From: a virus
Lineage: Duplodnaviria; Caudoviricetes
DNA length: 64,000 bases
Strand: one strand, 5' to 3'
IMG/VR virus record: IMGVR_UViG_3300025723_000026
Span: 12,301 to 76,300 of that record
Below the pieces are notes generated by a model that did no database searches, had not been told where the DNA came from, and worked only from the letters and a program-made list of their open reading frames with translations. Below, one piece after another: positions 15,483-23,295 of the stretch. The number at the start of each line of letters is the position of its first letter. Within the stretch, counting starts at the first letter, position 1. The position numbers and the translations under genes are program-made.

Positions 15483-15641
15483 ATGCTGACAGAATATATA
15501 TTCGAACTTGTGGAGAATGAAACGCCTAAGCTTCTTAATGTTGTAGCTACAACAAAGGAAGAAGCTGAAAAGAAGCTTAAAGCTCGTTACGGAGAACAAG
15601 TAGATTTAAAGTTATTAGATCTTAGAAGACTTATCTACTAA
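15483..15641 (+). CDS. Small hypothetical protein (52 aa)
   Basis: Not in track: MLTEYIFELVENETPKLLNVVATTKEEAEKKLKARYG...; TAAATA upstream. Confidence 0.55.
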   Translation: MLTEYIFELVENETPKLLNVVATTKEEAEKKLKARYGEQVDLKLLDLRRLIY

Positions 15642-16241
15642 ATTTATAGCAACATCGTGGAAATTAATTTGCTTTAGTAGACCATTTACTATTCGTATTT
15701 GTAACTTCACTCTTTCTTCTAAGCTGTATGACTTGACAGGTGTCTCAACCGTTACACTAGGGATATCACGTTTCCTTAATGCTCTTTCAAGTGTCCCTGC
15801 TGTTGGTAGATGGCCACGCACTATAACACCTTTATCAGTCTTATCTCCTATTGCCGACTTTGCCAATGGTACATCCAATTCAGCTAAAACAGCTTGAACT
15901 TTGTCCTTCATACCTGGAGAGCAATAAGCATATACTTCATCAGTTGTATCATCTTCATGAAGTGCTATAACCAATCTTGGCTGAACTTCTTCAATTTTAG
16001 CTAGAATTTCATCTTCTATTGGTAAAGAATCCTTTTTATCAAAATGTCTATTAGGATCAACTCCATCCAATCTTCTCTTACCTGTTGGATTAACATCAGC
16101 AATTACAACAATGTTCTCTTTTCCTTTATACCTTTTAGCTGCTATATTACCAGCTGGTTCATCACCGTGAATACCGCCAATCAAAACAACAGGTCCTTCT
16201 GTTGTCGCTAGAATAGATTCTACTAGAATATCAAACTTCAC
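15615..16241 (-). CDS. M14 / succinylglutamate desuccinylase-aspartoacylase family metallopeptidase
   Basis: GGIHGDE (HxxE), DPNRHF, LHED, TVETP motifs. Confidence 0.82.
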   Translation of the reverse strand: MKFDILVESILATTEGPVVLIGGIHGDEPAGNIAAKRYKGKENIVVIADVNPTGKRRLDGVDPNRHFDKKDSLPIEDEILAKIEEVQPRLVIALHEDDTTDEVYAYCSPGMKDKVQAVLAELDVPLAKSAIGDKTDKGVIVRGHLPTAGTLERALRKRDIPSVTVETPVKSYSLEERVKLQIRIVNGLLKQINFHDVAINLVDKSSKI

Positions 16242-16258
16242 AGAATTATTTAAGTTAA

Positions 16259-16933
16259 TTACACCTTTATCTTTTCTCTATAAGGCTTAAAATGTTCTTT
16301 AAATCCCTTAACTATAGCGTCATAGTTCTTTAGCTCTTTTGTATTGAGCTTTTTATTAGCTTTGAGAGAATTAAAGCCTGTAGTAAGATATGCTTGAAGC
16401 TCATCGTTAAAAACAGCTTTTGTATATCCTAGTTCATAAAGAACATCTTCTGCCTTTTTACGAACTGATTTATTAAGCTTTTTAAGAATATCGTTTGCTT
16501 TCTTTTTATATTCTTTATCTAAAAAGTATAGAGCGTGACAACATTCATGTTCAATTGTATTAGTGTCGTTATTTGATCCAATGAGATAGTAGTTACGACT
16601 TTCAATTTTACCTACAATCTTATCATGAATATCGGTTATAATACTATCGTAAATATTAAAGTCCTCTACCTCATTATCATATAGATCTGAAATAACAGGA
16701 CCAGGTATATTAAACCCACCCCAATCTATAGGATAGGTAAAAGAGCCTTCATTACCTTTTGAATAGATAGCCATGAGCTCTACTAAGGTAAAGCGCTTAC
16801 CGCGGATTTGTTTAAAAGGAGATTCGTAGAATTCTTGTACCCTGCAAAACGTCATAGCAAGATCATACATATCCTCTATCTGACAAAGATAAATTCCTGG
16901 GTATAGATTTTTAAGAGAATATTTGATCTTCAT
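16259..16933 (-). CDS. Hypothetical protein with HExxH motif
   Basis: F.RVQEFYESP, IEHECCHALY, DELQAY. Confidence 0.7.
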   Translation of the reverse strand: MKIKYSLKNLYPGIYLCQIEDMYDLAMTFCRVQEFYESPFKQIRGKRFTLVELMAIYSKGNEGSFTYPIDWGGFNIPGPVISDLYDNEVEDFNIYDSIITDIHDKIVGKIESRNYYLIGSNNDTNTIEHECCHALYFLDKEYKKKANDILKKLNKSVRKKAEDVLYELGYTKAVFNDELQAYLTTGFNSLKANKKLNTKELKNYDAIVKGFKEHFKPYREKIKV

Positions 16934-16944
16934 TTTATATTTAT

Positions 16945-17019
16945 TGGCATCCTCGACGGGATTCGAACCCGTGCTAAGCCCGTGAAAGGGGCTGGTGCTA
17001 ACCGCTACACTACGAGGAC
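16945..17019 (-). tRNA. tRNA-Glu(TTC)
   Basis: Arm AGCCC-CTTTCAC-GGGCT; G73, CCA. Confidence 0.95.
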
Positions 17020-17020
17020 C

Positions 17021-17070
17021 AAAAAAAGACCGGGCGTGAGATAGCTTGCATGTGCAGAGGCCCGCCCGGT
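17021..17070 (-). terminator. Intrinsic terminator-like hairpin with a large loop
   Basis: ACCGGGCG/CGCCCGGT stem, 26-nt loop, then CTTTTTTT. Confidence 0.7.
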
Positions 17071-17083
17071 TTACTTTATTTAC

Positions 17084-18184
17084 TTATGCTTCAAGATTCG
17101 CTGGTTCAACATTACGGAATGGATCCGGTGCTACTGCAGCAAAATCAGGTCCTTTAAAGAACATCTCTGAAGCAAGACGATTGAGCTCCATACGGAATGC
17201 AATATTCTCATCAGATTGAATATGATGGGTTGCAACATTGGTTAGGTTATTGAACAGGTCATACGCATTAACGTTTGAGTTAGCGGTTGACTGCCAACGG
17301 GTACCTTTCTTCGCTGTATCAATTCCAAGAGTCTTATAACGACCCTTGATCTCGTTATCGTTAAACATTGTTACAGCAAGCTCCTTATCTAAATCCATAA
17401 CAAGCTTACGAGCGTTATAGTACTCACGGAGAGAGGCGTTATTGTTACGAAGACGATTAGCGCTAGCTGAAACTTCCTGACGGAGAGCATCTCCAGTCAA
17501 GAACTTACGAACTTGCGTATCGAAGGTACGCTGACTGAAGTCTGCGCTATCAATAAAGCGCTGAGCCATACGATGAACAGCAGTCATTCCGTTAGAGCAG
17601 ACCAAGCGAAGGAGATAGGGGAAGAACTGCGACTTATTCATCGAGAAGTTCATACCAAAACCACCCTTCCACATATCCTTACCATCACCGAAGACATCGA
17701 TATCAGAATCAGGGTTCTTAAAATTAATGTTGATACAAATATTTGTAGGATCGAAATCAAAATTTCGAAGCTCAAGATTGGTATCATTATCGCGCAGATA
17801 AGCCTCTGTATAACGGAGACCGGCAGTAAGGTCAATTGCCTTCTCCTCCTTAATCGGACGATCGAAGATATTAACAATCTCGTTGTTGCTACTGTCCTGA
17901 ATAGCTGTAACACGCTTATTCTGACGGATGTTAGTGAGTGCATTATGGAGCGGGGCCCACTGAGCGTTATCATCTTTAATCTCGTTAACGAGCTTATCCT
18001 TAACACCAAGAACACCAAGCAGACTGCTCAATGACTTAGTACCAAGGCGATTATTATTATAAGAGAACGTATTACCGCTCTTCTCAATGTTTTCAATATC
18101 CAGAGGGACAAGGCTGTAGCCCTGAAGTGTCTGGCGGATTTCTGCGCTTTTAGCGACGAACTGATCTAGTGTTGTTGTACTCAT
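17084..18184 (-). CDS. DUF932-like domain protein
   Basis: YLLRLVCSNGM signature; C-terminal NAYDLFNNLTNVATH; codon bias toward CGT/AAC. Confidence 0.65.
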   Translation of the reverse strand: MSTTTLDQFVAKSAEIRQTLQGYSLVPLDIENIEKSGNTFSYNNNRLGTKSLSSLLGVLGVKDKLVNEIKDDNAQWAPLHNALTNIRQNKRVTAIQDSSNNEIVNIFDRPIKEEKAIDLTAGLRYTEAYLRDNDTNLELRNFDFDPTNICININFKNPDSDIDVFGDGKDMWKGGFGMNFSMNKSQFFPYLLRLVCSNGMTAVHRMAQRFIDSADFSQRTFDTQVRKFLTGDALRQEVSASANRLRNNNASLREYYNARKLVMDLDKELAVTMFNDNEIKGRYKTLGIDTAKKGTRWQSTANSNVNAYDLFNNLTNVATHHIQSDENIAFRMELNRLASEMFFKGPDFAAVAPDPFRNVEPANLEA

Positions 18185-18261
18185 GACCCCTTTATAATAA
18201 AGGCACCTGAGAAGGAATTCCAGAATTATTTTTAAATTCCCGGAAATAGTTTCTAATTTAC

Positions 18262-19320
18262 TTAATAACCAGGTAGTTCCGGAAGATTACAAATTTGTTG
18301 AAATTTATCTCTTACAAGGTTGAACCCTTGCATGATGGTATTTTTATCACTTGTAGCTTTTTCTTCTGAAGCTTTATCCCGCTTTGAGCTTGAAAGATTT
18401 ACATCAGTTTTTGCTTTATAGATATCAAAAAATTTTGTAAGATATTCTGTTTCATTTTGATATTTGGAGAGAGTTCCTTTTCCAAACATATCATTATTAT
18501 AGAAACTTCTAGCAAGTCCCTTAATGCCCTTAATCAGTATTTCAATATCAACATCTTTTGGCTCTTTAGCAATGACACCTGGGTTTTGTATAAGAAGAGG
18601 GTCTGGTGTAGCGTTCTTAACTCCGTTTATTTCCGCTTCATGCTTAAAGATATCTAAAATAAACGAACGAATGCTTGCTGATGCCGTCTTTACTTCAACG
18701 TTTGCACCTCTTGTAGAGCGGAAAGGAGAGCGAACATTATCTTTTAATTTATATTGAGCGCCTGCATGCTGGATACTCATATCAAGAGTATCACCTAATA
18801 CGCTAAACATATTCCCGTATAGAAGTCCCTTTAAACCATGCTGTGGTGTTGTTCTCCACCTACCCCACTCTGCTGTGTCAGATGGATGAATAATAAGATC
18901 AACCTGAACGTAATCGTCACCGCTTACATGAAAAATTGGATGGCCTGAATTACCCTCAGAAACATCTCTTGGCTTGACGTCTTTAATAAATTGATCAAAC
19001 AGTCCCCACCAATAGGTCTGTGCTGCTGAAGGTGTTTTATGTGCTTCGTTTTTTGGAACAATGATTTGAAGATCTAAATCACCGTACGTCTTGTTTTCCT
19101 TGTCGTATTCATAATGTGCAGTACTACCAAGAGGAGACCCCATTTTAATCATTGGAATGCCATGTTTATTAGCATATAAATTAAATTGATCTATAAACTG
19201 TTTAACTTTTGGTAATACCATTCGTATAACTGAAGGGGTTATAACTGTATTTTGTGTTAAAGGAGAATCGTATCCGCCTTCATTTATCTGAGCATAAAAT
19301 TTACTGAACGTTAACGGCAT
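18262..19320 (-). CDS. Putative Pol-beta-fold nucleotidyltransferase
   Basis: LGS-x12-GDLDL and downstream VQVDL catalytic triad pattern; late promoter. Confidence 0.6.
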   Translation of the reverse strand: MPLTFSKFYAQINEGGYDSPLTQNTVITPSVIRMVLPKVKQFIDQFNLYANKHGIPMIKMGSPLGSTAHYEYDKENKTYGDLDLQIIVPKNEAHKTPSAAQTYWWGLFDQFIKDVKPRDVSEGNSGHPIFHVSGDDYVQVDLIIHPSDTAEWGRWRTTPQHGLKGLLYGNMFSVLGDTLDMSIQHAGAQYKLKDNVRSPFRSTRGANVEVKTASASIRSFILDIFKHEAEINGVKNATPDPLLIQNPGVIAKEPKDVDIEILIKGIKGLARSFYNNDMFGKGTLSKYQNETEYLTKFFDIYKAKTDVNLSSSKRDKASEEKATSDKNTIMQGFNLVRDKFQQICNLPELPGY

Positions 19321-19343
19321 AAAAAATATTTATGCTATTTTCT

Positions 19344-19383
19344 AAAAAAAGAAACCCCTATTACCTGATCAGGGCAATAGGGG
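19344..19383 (-). terminator. Intrinsic terminator ending the large ncRNA
   Basis: CCCCTATTG-CCCTGATCAGG-TAATAGGGG followed by TTTCTTTTTTT. Confidence 0.85.
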
Positions 19384-19869
19384 TGAGTTCGAACTCTGTT
19401 TTTCTATTTCTTTATCTCTCTGCATTTTAGGGAGAGCGACTCCTTTCCGGACTTGAGACCGGCAACTGGTAGCATTACTAAAGAAATTTGTGGTATTTGA
19501 AAAGCTTTTGTTCCGGAATTTGTTCTTTCCTCAACGGGACTCGGCATGGAGCCAAGTTTACCGTCCAGTCTGTGTTTACTAAAGCAAAGGATCAAAGCTG
19601 TATGTAAGTTTTTGGCTCCCCTTATGAAAATACGTCTACTAACATACCAACAGACAACTCAACGTATCTCTCCCACGGATTATACCTACAACGCGGGAAC
19701 TTAATTTATATGACTAGAAAACCTCATTCGTTTTCACGGAGATTTATCTTACAGGCTACACGTTCACTCGGCCGAATGCTTCGCTATCACCTATCGCGGG
19801 AGTCCTTTTGCATATCAGACTTGCGCCTAGTCAAATTTTTAAAATGTACTATCAAAGATCAATTCTTAT
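19344..19869 (-). ncRNA. Large (~520 nt) structured non-coding RNA candidate (ROOL/GOLLD-like class, identity unverified)
   Basis: No credible ORF; own promoter, boxA-like motif and terminator; helices TGACTAG/CTAGTCA, GGAGCCAA/TTGGCTCC, TCCCGCG/CGTGGGA, ATACGT/ACGTAT. Confidence 0.75.
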
Positions 19870-19875
19870 TCTTTT

Positions 19876-19904
19876 AATATAGTGACTGAATAAGGAAGTG
19901 GCAA
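19876..19904 (-). promoter_or_regulatory. sigma70-type promoter of the large ncRNA
   Basis: TTGCCA-N17-TATATT. Confidence 0.7.
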
Positions 19905-20061
19905 CTAGAAAATTTGTAAGTCTTTTTGTCCTGATAACTTGAAGCGTCCCTCATTATGTATCAGTTTTGTTATGACTTACGACGAACCGGTTCCATACAT
20001 ACAGCCTTTCGAACAGCTGTAGAGAGGGTTTTACCGATTTCTGTGAATTTATTTATATTTA

Positions 20062-20709
20062 TTAAAATGAATATCCAAGAGTTGTTTCGAGACCATTACC
20101 CTGATAATTCTGACCAAAGGCAGTAATGTATCTTGCTCCAAGCTCTACGTTCTTTGAAATTTTATAGGTTATACCAAACTTAAAGGTATTAACGAACGTA
20201 TCACCGTACTGTGAGTTAAGAGCGCTACCTGGATCATAACGTAGGAACGTGCTCCATCTTTCACTAAGCTTACGCTCAAGCTTAGCCTGCGCTAGCCAAT
20301 ATCCAACGTTAGGTGATGTTGGATCAGTATAGCTATAACCATCACCTAGACCACCACGAAGACTGAACTCCCAATCCTTACCAAGAGCCCATGTATATCG
20401 AAGCTTAAGCTCTGTATAACCATCGGTTTGTTGATCAGGTCCTGTTATACGTGAAGCACCGGTTTCAGCTTCTAGATCCCAACCATTCTTAAAGTTAGCA
20501 CCCATAGAGAGTTGCTCGGTATTGTTCCACTGGTACGGTCCCCATTGACCATCTGTTTTTGTACGCTGATACATACCTGTCCAGTGAGGCTCGATATTAT
20601 ATTCAATTGGTTCATTCGTACTGATGAGTACTACTTTGTTCGTGTCACCAGCGTAAGCAGCGACCGTGGTTAGCGTTGCGACGATTAGTACAATGTATTT
20701 GTTTTTCAT
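20062..20709 (-). CDS. Outer-membrane beta-barrel protein (porin-like)
   Basis: Signal peptide MKNKYIVLIVATLTTVAAYA; alternating aromatic beta-strands; C-terminal LGYSF BAM signal. Confidence 0.8.
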   Translation of the reverse strand: MKNKYIVLIVATLTTVAAYAGDTNKVVLISTNEPIEYNIEPHWTGMYQRTKTDGQWGPYQWNNTEQLSMGANFKNGWDLEAETGASRITGPDQQTDGYTELKLRYTWALGKDWEFSLRGGLGDGYSYTDPTSPNVGYWLAQAKLERKLSERWSTFLRYDPGSALNSQYGDTFVNTFKFGITYKISKNVELGARYITAFGQNYQGNGLETTLGYSF

Positions 20710-20729
20710 ATTTGTGTACGTGGGTTGAA

Positions 20730-21803
20730 TTACTTGATAAATGTAAAGGCAGCTGCGGTTGAAAGCAAAAGCAATACCCAAACACAAAGTGTTGAATAAT
20801 ATGTCCAAAGACTTGTCCCAAAATAGCGTTTACCAATAAGAACACATTCATGAAGCGGGGAGATAAGGTATCCGGCGTAATCCAGAGCAAAGAACCAGAG
20901 AAGATATTCTTTACCAAAGATCGTCGACATAAGGACGGTTAGTGCAGCGAACTTTCCATCAGATCCCATACTATACGAGGCGATAAATGTAATAATACTA
21001 ATTACAATAAAACCAACAGATGTGTGCATTGATACACCAAGATTCTTTACAGACGATTCAATCCAATCATGATGCTCTTGCATATAATCAGATAAGAAGA
21101 AGACAATACCAATTATCCAAATTGTATTCCAGTTAATATAGCTATTAAGTTTTTTGAGATTAAAATTCTTTGTTAGAATCAGATAATAAGCCATTAGCGT
21201 ACCAAATACCGTAAACACAGCCAATGGACCTTCACCACCTAGAAGAATGTACCCAACGATAGCTAGAAGAAACGGTACAACGTTCTTAATAAATCCAAGA
21301 ACATTAAATTTAGGTCTTTCGGTAATCTCTACTTCCTCTTCTTTAACATTAAACCAAATATAATAACCAATAAAGAGAGCAGAAACAGCAATTAACGGCC
21401 AGATCATTCCTAACCAAGCTGTATAACCGATAGAGAAAGCAGCCATCGGTAAAATAACAGGCTTCTCTAACGGTGACCACATATAGAAATGATGGGTAGT
21501 TAAGAAATCAACAATTCCTAGCTTTTTTCGACTTTCTGAATTCTCAGATTCATGATTAGTACAGTTACAATTTGATGTAGCTGTATCAAGAATTCCTGCT
21601 GATACTGTTGCTCTTCCTTCAATAGGAAGGATACCTGATACAAACGAAAGTAGAGATATAACTACTCGATTACTCTTAAACTTTGACTTTAGATATCCGT
21701 AAATATCCTGGAAGATGCCATGCTCTTTAATAGTTCCAGATACAATCATGATCGCAATGAGCACGAATAGATATATCTCGTCTTCTAGATATGACCAATT
21801 CAT
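20730..21803 (-). CDS. Multi-pass inner-membrane permease (ion-transporter superfamily, DUF401/ArsB-NhaD-like)
   Basis: About 10 hydrophobic helices; SGILPIEG and C-terminal SPLHEC....RYF motifs. Confidence 0.75.
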   Translation of the reverse strand: MNWSYLEDEIYLFVLIAIMIVSGTIKEHGIFQDIYGYLKSKFKSNRVVISLLSFVSGILPIEGRATVSAGILDTATSNCNCTNHESENSESRKKLGIVDFLTTHHFYMWSPLEKPVILPMAAFSIGYTAWLGMIWPLIAVSALFIGYYIWFNVKEEEVEITERPKFNVLGFIKNVVPFLLAIVGYILLGGEGPLAVFTVFGTLMAYYLILTKNFNLKKLNSYINWNTIWIIGIVFFLSDYMQEHHDWIESSVKNLGVSMHTSVGFIVISIITFIASYSMGSDGKFAALTVLMSTIFGKEYLLWFFALDYAGYLISPLHECVLIGKRYFGTSLWTYYSTLCVWVLLLLSTAAAFTFIK

Positions 21804-21837
21804 TATTATAATATAATATAAATGTTGATAAATTCAA

Positions 21838-21930
21838 TAAAAAAAACTACAACTAGAGCGAATTCAATCTTTCGGAGGATTACTAGTACCTCGTTCTAAA
21901 CAGGAATTCTACCTGCTCTCTAATTGTAGT
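21838..21930 (-). terminator. Structured 3' trailer / terminator after tmRNA
   Basis: 13-bp stem ACTACAATTAGAG/CTCTAGTTGTAGT enclosing 57 nt, followed by a T-run. Confidence 0.6.
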
Positions 21931-21951
21931 AAATTGGTGGAGGCGAGGGGA

Positions 21952-22157
21952 CACTTAATCTCTAGCTTTCGCTAAAGCGTGGACTATATCTTCACCCTCG
22001 CGGGTGTTGGATGCTCAAGCCGGTACTCCGGTAGTCTCTGCACCTTCCTATTTCTAGGCTCGGCTCAGTATTGCCATGTTGCTTTCGCAATTTAGGTTCC
22101 ACTGAATTCTTCCAATTTATACATTATCTATTGCTAGATAAGTCGACCTGCTTGTTG
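21952..22157 (-). mobile_element. Group I self-splicing intron (206 nt, no ORF) in the tmRNA T-loop
   Basis: P/Q/R/S cores AAATTGGAAGAA, AATACTGAGCC, GTGCAGAGACTA, AAGATATAGTCC; P1 TCGAT/GTCGA with U:G at the 5' splice site; terminal G; five GNRA hairpins. Confidence 0.93.
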
Positions 22158-22384
22158 ATCGAACCCCTGTGTTTATACTGTTACGTTAATATCTCTACAC
22201 GCTTAGATAAGTTTAGCATTTGATTGACTACAGGCTGCTATGGCTTACCGACCTATCTTTTTTAGTCTGCCTATTATAGTGAAGAGTCTACAACCACCCC
22301 CTGTACTATGTTTTCTAAGTATCACAGGTACTACTTTAACCTATTATTATTTCCAAAAGCTTAATAGGATCTGCTTCTGGTTCC

Positions 22385-22492
22385 TTAGGCTGCGATAGCG
22401 AGGGGAGCCATTTCGTCACAGAGACAAAACTCTGTAATTGTGTTGGCTGCCTTCTTTACCTTGGCAAGGATTGCGGAGACCTTAGTCTTTGC
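22385..22492 (-). other. tmRNA tag reading frame (35 codons)
   Basis: After TAAAT: AKTKVSAILAKVKKAANTITEFCLCDEMAPLAIAA-TAA. Confidence 0.85.
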
Positions 22493-22613
22493 ATTTATGT
22501 TTTAATCAGCTTTTATAGTGGCCAACTGATTAACCACTGCGTGCAATACTAATTTCGAGTATAAGTCGAAGCCAGTACGCCCCCAAAATTATTTATCAAA
22601 GAACAAAAATTAT

Positions 22614-23246
22614 TTAGTACATGTTTCTAAGCACCCACATTTGAGCACTACTTAAAGCTTTAGACCATGTTCCAAGAATCTTTGAAATATTCTGCCAAAC
22701 TGTAGACCAGTATCTAAAAGTGATCTTATTAAGAATCTTCTTAGTCTTAGTCCAAGGATGATTTTCATGAGCCTTGAGTCGATCTTGCCAAGCTTTTTCA
22801 TTAGCTGCATTTACTTCAGCTGTTGTTATAATCTCTCCCTTTACAAGTTCTAAAGACTTAAGCTTGCCTTTTACAAATACAGCATCAAATTCAATGTCCC
22901 AGGTATTACCCTCGTCGTCATCACTATAATCGTAGAAGTTAATAGTGTTTGTAATCTCTTCTTTAACTGAGGTACGACTTGACTCTACAAACTCATAAGG
23001 CCAGCAAAATTTGCCCTGCTTCTTAATCTTCTTTTCTTCAGCTTCAGACATTGTACGAACATGTTCTCCCTCTACTTTTTCAGTATAGAGATAACCATTC
23101 TTCTTAATATAATAAGCAGTCATTGTATTATCTAAAGACTTTGTTTGAAAGTCAGCTTTTGTCCAATCCTTGTTAGGAAAGGCCTTTTTAATTGCTTTAA
23201 TCAGAGGAAGCTTACGTTCACAAAATACATAATCAAACATTCCCAT
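22614..23246 (-). CDS. Conserved phage hypothetical protein
   Basis: MGMFDYV.C...LP...FQTK.LD....Y.I pattern; upstream promoter TTGACT..TATTAT. Confidence 0.72.
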   Translation of the reverse strand: MGMFDYVFCERKLPLIKAIKKAFPNKDWTKADFQTKSLDNTMTAYYIKKNGYLYTEKVEGEHVRTMSEAEEKKIKKQGKFCWPYEFVESSRTSVKEEITNTINFYDYSDDDEGNTWDIEFDAVFVKGKLKSLELVKGEIITTAEVNAANEKAWQDRLKAHENHPWTKTKKILNKITFRYWSTVWQNISKILGTWSKALSSAQMWVLRNMY

Positions 23247-23295
23247 TTTTTATACCTCCAAATTTACTTTTCATATTTTTATATAATAGTATATA

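Larger units (their letters stand above)
21935..22584 (-). ncRNA. ssrA: tmRNA interrupted by a group I intron
   Basis: 5' GGGGGCGTACTGGCTTCGAC; 3' CGCCTCCACCA; G3:U70; tag ORF ending LAIAA-stop; T-arm AGGGG-TTCGATT-CCCCT restored only after intron removal. Confidence 0.95.

Noticed and set aside
17038-17062. 16S rRNA fragment (CACATGCAAG 10-mer)
   Set aside because: Only a 10-nt match with no flanking rRNA similarity; likely chance
17513-18034. 173-aa plus-strand ORF, and similar shadows such as 26330-26929, 29840-30148, 33750-34055 and 41691-42047
   Set aside because: Antisense or alternate-frame shadows of well-supported genes; poly-Pro content mirrors Gly codons
19404-19595. 63-aa minus-strand ORF inside the large ncRNA
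   Set aside because: Non-ATG start, no RBS, and it overlaps paired helices; best explained as part of the RNA
19344-19869. RNase P RNA, prompted by GAGGAAAG near 19525
   Set aside because: The motif continues AAC rather than the universal GAGGAAAGUCC, and no matching 3' P4 strand is visible
21838-21930. Fluoride or other known riboswitch upstream of the permease
   Set aside because: No recognisable consensus nucleotides
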